A DNA stretch of 64,000 nt, taken from an uncultured candidate division Zixibacteria bacterium (lineage in GTDB: Bacteria; Zixibacteria; MSB-5A5; UBA10806). A model generated the notes under the pieces. It had not been told where the DNA came from. It ran no database searches and saw only the letters and a program-made list of their open reading frames with translations. Positions 19,573 through 27,879 of the stretch are shown here, in pieces; the stretch's first letter is position 1, and every line of letters begins with the position of its first letter. Position numbers and translations under genes: made by a program. Where the stretch lies: assembly GCA_963817915.1 (NCBI GenBank), contig CAWFQL010000016.1:32001-96000 (forward strand), written 5' to 3'.

Positions 19573-21243
19573 CTACAATACTTGTCTCCTAACGCGCATC
19601 CTTACCCATCCGAGCTGCACGGCATCATGCGCCGCCTTGAATTCGGTAACAAATCTGACGGCATATCTATTGCCGGCAGTTGCGGTAATATCATTCGTAA
19701 TTGTATAAGCGGCAATCGCCCAGGTCACGCTTGTTCTACTGGCAGTCGACCTCCAATATGATGAGTCTGTTAGATTAATAAAGGATGAGAAAGCCGGCCC
19801 GAAAAAGCCTAAGTCAGCAAAACCGGATTTGCCTGAATTCCTATAGCAGAATTCAAGGGAATCAATGACACATCCATAGGGCACGTATCCGCTGACAAAG
19901 AAAGTGTCCCTCATGCTTGCAGTCATAGCTCCTGCACTATCCGTGGCCAGCCAACTCGATCCGGCATTTTGCCCTGGGAACATCAGAAAAGTAGAATCCG
20001 AGATGGGGCGAAGCCAGCGATGCACCAGATCAAGATATAACCACTCGTATTCCCATCCAATTTTGTTCACGGGAATGGATCCTGTCGCGAAATGCCTATC
20101 AACTAAGTTGCCCATGGAATCATTTATGCTCTGCTTTAAATTCTTTGCTAATAAGGCCAATGAATGTGAAGTGACGGCCGCGGAATCGGCTAAATCCGCG
20201 CCGATTCTTAGGGGCGCTGAGGTCTGAAATGCCTGGCTGGCATATCTATAATTAATACTCTTTGGGTTTTTACCGCCGAATATCAAATTCGCATCTTCCA
20301 ATGCCATATCACCGTCGCTATTGGCATAGAGATTTCCTTGCGACTGAACAGACGAATTACTGATGATATCACTTGTGGAAGTTAGCGTGCCAACAACGTG
20401 AGTGTTATTTGAAAATTGGAAATTCGTCGCGGAAGAGTCCCATAGTATATAATGATAGCCATGACCGGCATCCCTGAAGCCTAATTTTACATGCGTATCG
20501 ATTCCGTCATTATCGTTGTCCGCCAAGAGCAGAGCCCAGTTTTGTGTAGTCGCATTTTTGGGCTGTTCAAATATGGCTCCGAAGGCATTGGTGATCTTTC
20601 CGGCTCCTGTCATTGTCGGGGCCACCCCTATGATCGATACTGCCTGCTGGACAGTATCTTGCCCCTGCACATAAGCGTGAGCTCGAACACCGCCGAGAGT
20701 CCCGATCGATCCGTTGGATGTACGCTCACCTTGCGCGTTGAAGCTGCCTCCATAAATATTATCCACTTCGCCTTCGCCTATCATTGAGCCAAAACCTTGA
20801 ACACCGACCATTGTGCCGAGACTATCGGTTTTGCCATACCTTGCCTGCGCGATTCCATGAACACCCATCTGCGATACATTGGAATCATAGCCATTGGGAA
20901 TGCCATCGCCCTCATAGAGATTAATTCCGTAAATTGCCTGCGATTCAATATTTAGATTTTTGCGGGTATTAACCCAGTCGCTGGCATAGATAATTGCTCT
21001 GCTGTCACCGGAATAGTTGGCCCGTAGACCGACACGCATTATGATCGGGAAGCTTGCCCGATTCATCCCCAGAGGATTGATTGAGGCATATGTCGAATCA
21101 TTAACGCCTTTAATTTTAAACGGCGCCTGGGCAATATCTCCCCAACTGCTTGATGTCGGGTCTTTTCTATCAAATGAATTGCTTATAGCCTGGCCCCTTA
21201 ATATCGGACTCAACATCAAAAGACAGATCAATATTTTCTTCAT
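19573..21243 (-). CDS. Hypothetical secreted fibre/adhesin-like protein
   Basis: 556-aa ORF with AGGAG RBS, signal peptide and Gly-rich beta repeats (GVHGIA, GVQGFG, GGVRAHA); no family recognised. Confidence 0.7.
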   Translation of the reverse strand: MKKILICLLMLSPILRGQAISNSFDRKDPTSSSWGDIAQAPFKIKGVNDSTYASINPLGMNRASFPIIMRVGLRANYSGDSRAIIYASDWVNTRKNLNIESQAIYGINLYEGDGIPNGYDSNVSQMGVHGIAQARYGKTDSLGTMVGVQGFGSMIGEGEVDNIYGGSFNAQGERTSNGSIGTLGGVRAHAYVQGQDTVQQAVSIIGVAPTMTGAGKITNAFGAIFEQPKNATTQNWALLLADNDNDGIDTHVKLGFRDAGHGYHYILWDSSATNFQFSNNTHVVGTLTSTSDIISNSSVQSQGNLYANSDGDMALEDANLIFGGKNPKSINYRYASQAFQTSAPLRIGADLADSAAVTSHSLALLAKNLKQSINDSMGNLVDRHFATGSIPVNKIGWEYEWLYLDLVHRWLRPISDSTFLMFPGQNAGSSWLATDSAGAMTASMRDTFFVSGYVPYGCVIDSLEFCYRNSGKSGFADLGFFGPAFSSFINLTDSSYWRSTASRTSVTWAIAAYTITNDITATAGNRYAVRFVTEFKAAHDAVQLGWVRMRVRRQVL

Positions 21244-21365
21244 TCTTACTTCTCCTATTTTTTAAATTTTTGAATTCCACGAATTAGATTTATCAAGCCT
21301 AATCGCCAAACAATATTGTCCAATTTCCAACTGCGATATTTGCCTCGTAAATCTCAATAATACTG

Positions 21366-21382
21366 AAGTATCATTGATACTT
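21366..21382. promoter_or_regulatory. Perfect palindrome in the divergent promoter region, putative operator
   Basis: AAGTATCA-T-TGATACTT next to a minus-strand TTGACA at 21393-21388. Confidence 0.45.
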
Positions 21383-21498
21383 ACAGTTGTCAAGATTTTT
21401 AGGCCAATTTGAAATTTGTTAAGCGGAACCAGTTTATTTGTTTTTGCGTATTATTTTAGTATTTGGCATTGTAAGAGGGTATTTAATAGGGATAAACT

Positions 21499-21849
21499 AT
21501 GAAGAAAACCAAGGTATCATACAACGAAAAGCACAAAGAAACGCTTGATTCAATTCTGCTTGATATTCCTGAAATCAAGGCAGGCAAAATGTTTGGTTTT
21601 CCGGCTTACTATATTGGTGGGAAGCTTTTCGCGTGTGTATATGAAGATGGTGTCGGAATAAAGGTCCCTCAGGAATTAGCCCAACAGCTCTTGAAGACAA
21701 AGCATGCGGTGCCATTTCAACCATTCGGAAAAGCTAAGATGCGTGAATGGATTCAAATCAACCGTAAACGGTCCGCAGATTATATCAAGGATCAGGACAT
21801 TCTGCGTAAATCATTCGAATTCGTGTGCAATACCGAAGAACACGATTGA
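21499..21849 (+). CDS. TfoX/Sxy N-terminal-like protein
   Basis: GKMFGFPAYYIGGKLFACV...PFQP...KMREW pattern. Confidence 0.75.
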   Translation: MKKTKVSYNEKHKETLDSILLDIPEIKAGKMFGFPAYYIGGKLFACVYEDGVGIKVPQELAQQLLKTKHAVPFQPFGKAKMREWIQINRKRSADYIKDQDILRKSFEFVCNTEEHD

Positions 21850-21885
21850 TTACCCTGAATCGCGGCCATGGATTAAGGGGTTGAG

Positions 21886-23007
21886 CTATACAAGCTTTTC
21901 GGATACGCGCTTAATTTCGGCCTTCCGCATATAGTAAACAGCAATCAAGACAAACAACACAGCTACCCAATCCGCGGCACTGGGAAATCGCAAGCCAAAA
22001 AATTTCCACAAAAGCAAGGTTGCCAAGATACCTGCCAGGAGCGAGGTGAGCCTGTTGGCGAGTCCCGCGAATGTCGCCGTCCGGCCTTTGAACATAAACA
22101 AGAAAACTGAAAAGAATGCAACTGCCGCATAAGGTATACCTGACAGAATGGCCGCGAAATTAGGATTCAAAACAGCCTCGCGCCAGTCCAATATCTGTAC
22201 GGGTTGCCATTGGAACAATATCGGGGCAAAAAAGAACAAAGCGCCCAATATTACCATTGTTAACGACGCGAATATTTGTTCAACCGCGAAATAACCGCGA
22301 TTGTCGGTTTTATCGGGCTTGCGAGTATTCTTATACCAATTCATGATGTACAGTCGTATCGCGTACGCCAACGTATACATTATCAATATTGTCATTGCCA
22401 ATGTGCTTTTTACGAAGACAAATGGTTTGGCGTCACGATCCAAATTGACTCCAAGCCAACTCGGAATCGTCGCGCCATGATCCTTAAGAAATACAGCCAC
22501 AGGGAATAATAGCAGTACGGATGCTACTGCCAGCAGCGCGAAAATGACCGCGATGTTTTCCTCGCGATATACTCGCTTTGTGAGCAATCCCTTTTTAATC
22601 TGAATTGCATCAACTATACGGCTAATGACAATTATTATACCGCGCATAATTACCTGCGCCACCATGACTGAAATTCCTATCGTATAGAGTAGTGTCGTAC
22701 TTGGAATGACCACCGCGGTGCAAACACCTGAGAGCGCAATCCATCCTGTCTCTGCGGGAAAATGGAAATTGCCCCAAGCCACCTGCCTATTCGAGGTTCG
22801 AGCCAATATGGTAATCCAACCCAGAACCAGAACAATAATGACACACACGGCGCTGCTGCTGACGGTATTGTTGTAAAGGTAGTTAAATTGCGGCATCTTA
22901 AGAATATCAGTAAAGTATTTGGAGCAAATTGCATACACGACATACGCTACAAAATAACCGGTGCACAAAAGCAGAAGCTGTGCCGTACTACCTGATTTAA
23001 ATTTCAT
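21886..23007 (-). CDS. Hypothetical polytopic membrane protein (about 10 TM, possibly DMT-like)
   Basis: 373 aa, almost entirely hydrophobic helices; no catalytic motif recognised. Confidence 0.7.
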   Translation of the reverse strand: MKFKSGSTAQLLLLCTGYFVAYVVYAICSKYFTDILKMPQFNYLYNNTVSSSAVCVIIVLVLGWITILARTSNRQVAWGNFHFPAETGWIALSGVCTAVVIPSTTLLYTIGISVMVAQVIMRGIIIVISRIVDAIQIKKGLLTKRVYREENIAVIFALLAVASVLLLFPVAVFLKDHGATIPSWLGVNLDRDAKPFVFVKSTLAMTILIMYTLAYAIRLYIMNWYKNTRKPDKTDNRGYFAVEQIFASLTMVILGALFFFAPILFQWQPVQILDWREAVLNPNFAAILSGIPYAAVAFFSVFLFMFKGRTATFAGLANRLTSLLAGILATLLLWKFFGLRFPSAADWVAVLFVLIAVYYMRKAEIKRVSEKLV

Positions 23008-23457
23008 AATAAAAAACTCTTTCTTCTATCAATATAGCTATAGACATTTTTAAGTTTTCATTGGGGGAATTAAGTTTCAATGAGCTATAGACAATCTTAT
23101 CCTTGTTGAGAATCTTTGTCAAGTGCTAAATAGCATGGCTCACAGCGGCGTTCGATGACAATCCCAATGTATAAATCTTACAATCTGGAAAATATAATTG
23201 GAATAGCATTACTCTGGCCGAATTGATTACTTCAATTTTTCGGCTATTGCTGGCCAATGTCGACTAATAGCTTTTTCTTCCGAGATTATTTTTCAAAAAA
23301 AGAGATGAAATAAATTGCTGACAATTCATTTCGGCAAACAGTCCCAATTCGTTAAATTGGTTGCAACGAAACAAATCGGATGCTATTTTAAGATGTTATG
23401 CAATACCGACCCTTAATAACGCAGTCGAATCAATCGAATATTTTATTTGAATGACTT

Positions 23458-24420
23458 ATGGTCGAGCATATGGGCTATGATATTCTTAACGTTCAATCAA
23501 TCGTAAAACAATTTCAAAAACAAATAGCTGTCGACAATCTCTCATTTTCTGTCAAGCGTGGAGAAATATTCGCCCTTTTAGGGCCAAATGGCGCCGGGAA
23601 AACCACGACAATTCGAATGCTATTGGGAATAATCCAACCGGATTCAGGCGTTATAACATTCAATCTCTCGCAATCTGAAAATTCTCCAATTTCGAAAAAT
23701 AAGTTGGGCTATTTGCCGGAAGATCGCGGATTATATCGCGATATCCCAATCATAAAGTCGCTGACCTACATGGGAGTATTACGTGGCATGTCACGCAAGG
23801 AGGCAGATTTGCGGGGGCGATCGATGCTCGACCAGTTTGAGCTCGGTGATCGCGTCAATGATAAATTAGAAACTCTCTCTAAGGGTAATCAGCAGAAAGT
23901 TCAATTTATCTCAGCGGTGCTCCATCAACCGGAATTCGCGGTGCTGGATGAGCCATTTGCCGGCCTTGATCCTATTAACCAGGAATCCTTTCTCAAAATG
24001 ATAGGGGAAATGAGAAAACAAGGCATGACGATTCTACTGTGCGCGCACCAAATGGAATTAGTCGAACGCATAGCGGACAGAGTACTTTTGATGAATCGCG
24101 GACAGCAAATATTATTCGGCACGATGGCAATGATACGCGAATGCTCGAGCATATCAAATAAGATCATTATTCATGTCGCCCCGGGCACTGATGTTTCGGA
24201 GCTGATTAATTCACAATATGTTCAGCGGTGGGAGCATCGCGGCAATGGAGAATATGTGCTTTATATCAAGCGCGGCGCGGCTCCTCAAAGTTTTCTCATT
24301 CAAGCGGCATCTGCCGTGGAATTGATTGATATTTTTACTGAAAAAACAAGCCTTCACGATATTTTTATCGAGAATGTCAGTCGCAAGGAAAATGATATTC
24401 GTGGGAAGCTCTTAAGATGA
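23458..24420 (+). CDS. ABC-2 type transporter ATP-binding subunit (NatA/YhaQ-like)
   Basis: GPNGAGKTT, GYLPEDRGLY, signature LSKGNQQKVQ, LDEPFAGLDP. Confidence 0.92.
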   Translation: MVEHMGYDILNVQSIVKQFQKQIAVDNLSFSVKRGEIFALLGPNGAGKTTTIRMLLGIIQPDSGVITFNLSQSENSPISKNKLGYLPEDRGLYRDIPIIKSLTYMGVLRGMSRKEADLRGRSMLDQFELGDRVNDKLETLSKGNQQKVQFISAVLHQPEFAVLDEPFAGLDPINQESFLKMIGEMRKQGMTILLCAHQMELVERIADRVLLMNRGQQILFGTMAMIRECSSISNKIIIHVAPGTDVSELINSQYVQRWEHRGNGEYVLYIKRGAAPQSFLIQAASAVELIDIFTEKTSLHDIFIENVSRKENDIRGKLLR

Positions 24421-25613
24421 GCAGTGTTCGCACAATCCTCGAAATCAGCCGCTGGGAATTTTCACGCTGGTTCAAATTCAGAAGCTTGCTGGTAACGTTT
24501 TCGATATCAATTATATTGAGTCTTGCCATTATCGGAAGTCGATATCTCACGGATAAAAACAACAGTTCACCAGTTCACATTGTGGTCATGAATACTAAAA
24601 TAATGCCGCGGCTCAATACGATTGGCACACGAATAGTAATTCAAATGCCTGAAGGAAAATCGGAAGCCGAGTGGCGTGAAGCCTTAGGTCGACGAGAAAT
24701 CGACGGGCTGCTGATACTGCATAGTCTTGACAGCGCTGAATTAATCGTGCCTAAAAATCCTCGCTGGGAGCGAGACCTGCAACAGATATTGACCGCGGAG
24801 CGACGCAGATTAAAGCTCGAGACGATGCGGGTAACGGAAGATCAATTGGCTGATGTCATGGCGCCTCTCGTGATCGATATTAGCTATCATGAATTGAGTC
24901 ACGGTCCCTCATCGACTTCTGAGAAAATCGCCGCAGGTCTTTTGATCCTGATAATGCTAATTGGTATTTTCAACAGTCTGGGATGCCAGATGGTCTCTAT
25001 TACCGGTGAAAAGCAATTACGAGTGACTGAACAGATTATTTCAGCCGTAACTCCGCAACAATGGATGGATGGCAAGATTATTGGCGTGTCGGCATATGCC
25101 GCCGTAGTAACGTTGGTGATGGTATTGAGCGCGCTTCCCATAATTTTTGTAATGCAATCAAGCTCAACAGGACTTCCATTCAATATAGGTTTCCCGAATC
25201 CAATCAATCTGGTGATTTTAGTTTTAGTTACAATTGGCGGTTTTCTTTTCTGGAACACATTTTTGGCGGCCTTTTCAGCAACTATTAATGATCCAAATAT
25301 GTCGACGCGCACTTCGGTTTTATTCCTGCCGCTTGTGCCATTAATCTTCTCAGCCGTAATTGCCCTCAAGGCCCCGGATTCAATATTGACAAGGTTTCTC
25401 GGCCTGCTGCCTATCACTTCGTCCGCAGTATTGCCAGTACGTATAGTTATTACCCAAATTTCTTCCTGGGAGATAGTCGTGTCAATATTAATATTGTTTG
25501 TATCAACATGGTACACGCGGATAATCGCGGGACGAATTTTCCGCACCGCTATGCTTATGTACGGCAAGGAACCTTCTATTAAAGAAATGCTTCATTGGAT
25601 GAAGGAAGCATAA
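24417..25613 (+). CDS. ABC-2 type transporter permease (NatB/YhaP-like)
   Basis: TM, extracytoplasmic domain, then several TMs; EKQLRVTEQIISAV...GKIIG; RIFRTAMLMYGKEPS; ATGA overlap with the ATPase gene. Confidence 0.9.
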   Translation: MSSVRTILEISRWEFSRWFKFRSLLVTFSISIILSLAIIGSRYLTDKNNSSPVHIVVMNTKIMPRLNTIGTRIVIQMPEGKSEAEWREALGRREIDGLLILHSLDSAELIVPKNPRWERDLQQILTAERRRLKLETMRVTEDQLADVMAPLVIDISYHELSHGPSSTSEKIAAGLLILIMLIGIFNSLGCQMVSITGEKQLRVTEQIISAVTPQQWMDGKIIGVSAYAAVVTLVMVLSALPIIFVMQSSSTGLPFNIGFPNPINLVILVLVTIGGFLFWNTFLAAFSATINDPNMSTRTSVLFLPLVPLIFSAVIALKAPDSILTRFLGLLPITSSAVLPVRIVITQISSWEIVVSILILFVSTWYTRIIAGRIFRTAMLMYGKEPSIKEMLHWMKEA

Positions 25614-25678
25614 GGCGCTTTATTCATATAATACCAGAATATTTTTCCAGTGGCTTGAAGGCAAAAAGAATTAATCAG

Positions 25679-26422
25679 GTGGCAACAATAAAACATTTCA
25701 GAATATATTTAATTTTATTTTTGATCCTTTCTCAAGTCACATTGACTTGCAGCAATGACAACAAGAAGGCTACGCCCCCGCCGGGCAACGACCACAGCCA
25801 GGACGATCCCTATGATATCGATACTTACGGTATCCCGAAATTCGTTAATACGAATTATATCGAACTCGATAAGATCTATCGCATATCGAGGTTCCGTTCG
25901 AGCGTAGGCCATGATTACGCCGACAATTTCGAATCCTGCAGAAGCATGAAGCACTATTTCGAGCCCAAAGGAACTGTTGACTGGTCTACAGTGAAGATTT
26001 ATTCCCCAATTGACGGAGCAGTCTCAAGAGTATTTGAGGAGTGGGCCGGCACTCAAGTGCAGATTAGATCGAATTCTCACCCGGCCTTCTTTTTCATAAT
26101 ATTTCATATAAGCCTGGCAGATTCGCTTCCGATCGGCACCGCGATAGCGGAAGGTCAGCAGCTCGGTACGCATATTGGACCTCAGACTATGTCGGATATT
26201 GCTGTTGGGGTCAATACGCCCCACGGCTGGAAGCTTATCCCCTATTTCGAGGTAATGACAGATTCGTTATTCCAGATTTATCGATCCAGAGGCGTCGTAT
26301 CCAGAGAAACTCTTATAATATCGAAGGAAGCCCGCGACTCCGATACGCTTAGATGCAATGGCGAATTATTCCTGAATCAGGGGAATCTGGAGAACTGGGT
26401 TAGTTCTCAACTAAAAAGCTGA
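25679..26422 (+). CDS. Hypothetical lipoprotein with a degenerate M23-like (hybrid-motif) domain
   Basis: Hydrophobic leader ending in LTC; KIYSPIDGAV...FHI...IAEGQQLG resembles the M23 fold; start uncertain (track start 25595). Confidence 0.6.
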   Translation: MATIKHFRIYLILFLILSQVTLTCSNDNKKATPPPGNDHSQDDPYDIDTYGIPKFVNTNYIELDKIYRISRFRSSVGHDYADNFESCRSMKHYFEPKGTVDWSTVKIYSPIDGAVSRVFEEWAGTQVQIRSNSHPAFFFIIFHISLADSLPIGTAIAEGQQLGTHIGPQTMSDIAVGVNTPHGWKLIPYFEVMTDSLFQIYRSRGVVSRETLIISKEARDSDTLRCNGELFLNQGNLENWVSSQLKS

Positions 26423-26503
26423 TTGCAGTTTGCTCAATCAGCTTTTTACGTCCCAATCGGAGTTAATATTAGTATTTCAAATGCCATAAGCTTTCAAATT
26501 CGA

Positions 26504-27523
26504 TCATTTTTTCAGCGCTCGCTCGAACTTATCAAAAAATTCGTTCCACCCGGCTCTGCACATTTCGCCCATCTCAACTGAAGGAAATCCGACATGCCTT
26601 AAGGTGAATCTTGTCCGGCCTTCATAATCCTCAAATTTCAAGTACACTTGCAATTCCAAAGGAAAATCCCCCGTAATTCCATAGTATGACCCCGGAACAA
26701 TATTGCCATCTGCATCCGCAAATGAATCGGTATTGGAAATTAGCTCGTGTTTGACAATTTCCTTGTAGGTACCCTTGCTCCAAGAGTCCTTGCCTTCGGG
26801 CGATCTCATGCAAAATAGATACTCACCTCCAACACGAAAATCTATTTTTGCAAAAGGCGCCGTATAGTTTTTCGGTCCCCACCATTTTTTGATCAACTCG
26901 GGCTCAGTCCACATCTTCCAAACGAGTTCCCGCGGAGCATCGAAAATACGAGTAATCACGATATCTTCATTTTCCGGATTTGATTCGGATTCTTTTTTGA
27001 GTTCGTTCGCCAGATACTCGTCGAGCTTTTCAAATGTCCCCGTAAAACCTTGCTGCATCCCCAATTGATTATCGATAAAGTTCTTTCGCTCCTGTTCGGT
27101 GGCGTTAATAGGCTCTCCTCGCAAAGTAAGTGTCGTTTTGCCATTTTCTTCAATCAGAGTCAATGTGTTCAAAACCTCAAGCGGCCAGTTGGCGATGTAT
27201 GGATTTGGAGTAATGCGCCCATTTTCATCTGAAAACGAATTAACAAATACCATTCTCTCGGGAGCATTCATTTCGCGATATACGAATTTACCCCAAATTT
27301 TATTTTCGTCGGGCGATTGCATGTAGTAATGAAAGACGCCATTAGGGCGAAAATCCATTTTGGAGACATCAATTTTAAATCCTTTTGGTCCCCACCATTT
27401 GGAGAGACTTTCAGACTCTGTCCAAGCCTTCCATACGAGCTCACGAGGCGCATTGAATATGCGTGTGATCACGATTTCCTGCTTGACGACTCCTGTAGTT
27501 TTAAGTTCAGTCTTAGCGCTCAT
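26504..27523 (-). CDS. Tandem SRPBCC (AHSA1-like) domain protein
   Basis: Two copies of IVITRIF[N/D]APRELVWK.WTE.E...WWGPK...DFR..G. Confidence 0.92.
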   Translation of the reverse strand: MSAKTELKTTGVVKQEIVITRIFNAPRELVWKAWTESESLSKWWGPKGFKIDVSKMDFRPNGVFHYYMQSPDENKIWGKFVYREMNAPERMVFVNSFSDENGRITPNPYIANWPLEVLNTLTLIEENGKTTLTLRGEPINATEQERKNFIDNQLGMQQGFTGTFEKLDEYLANELKKESESNPENEDIVITRIFDAPRELVWKMWTEPELIKKWWGPKNYTAPFAKIDFRVGGEYLFCMRSPEGKDSWSKGTYKEIVKHELISNTDSFADADGNIVPGSYYGITGDFPLELQVYLKFEDYEGRTRFTLRHVGFPSVEMGEMCRAGWNEFFDKFERALKK

Positions 27524-27552
27524 AGCAATACTCCTTTTTACGCTTTTTGAAA

Positions 27553-27569
27553 GTAAAGTACTACGTTAC
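27553..27569. promoter_or_regulatory. Imperfect palindrome just upstream of the SRPBCC gene, putative repressor site
   Basis: GTAAAGTA-C-TACGTTAC (one mismatch), about 20 nt upstream of the RBS. Confidence 0.3.
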
Positions 27570-27778
27570 CAGATTTATATGATTTTGTTTTTAGAAGTTT
27601 TAGATCTAAACTACTCATTACTAGACTAATAACTCGCTTTAAAGTCCCCGCAATCCTATTTGGTTCTCTTATCATGAAAAGTATAAACGAATGAATCCTC
27701 GAAAAAGTTTTTGGAAATCGAACTATGGCCTCGGAATACTTATAGAGGAATAACGAGCTATACCAAATTATAAATCTA

Positions 27779-27806
27779 TTGACAACTCTATTATCCATTA
27801 TATATT
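27779..27806 (+). promoter_or_regulatory. Sigma70-type promoter
   Basis: TTGACA-16 bp-TATATT upstream of the beta-helix gene. Confidence 0.45.
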
Positions 27807-27879
27807 GTTAGTAGTTAGAATTACATCGGCGTTACGGCAGCTTCTGGATTTGATGATCGTTTCAGATAGGGGTCGCGAT

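Noticed and set aside
24899..25567. 222-aa minus-strand ORF
   Set aside because: Lies entirely antisense to the ABC permease; no motifs. The same applies to the many other short nested ORFs in the track.
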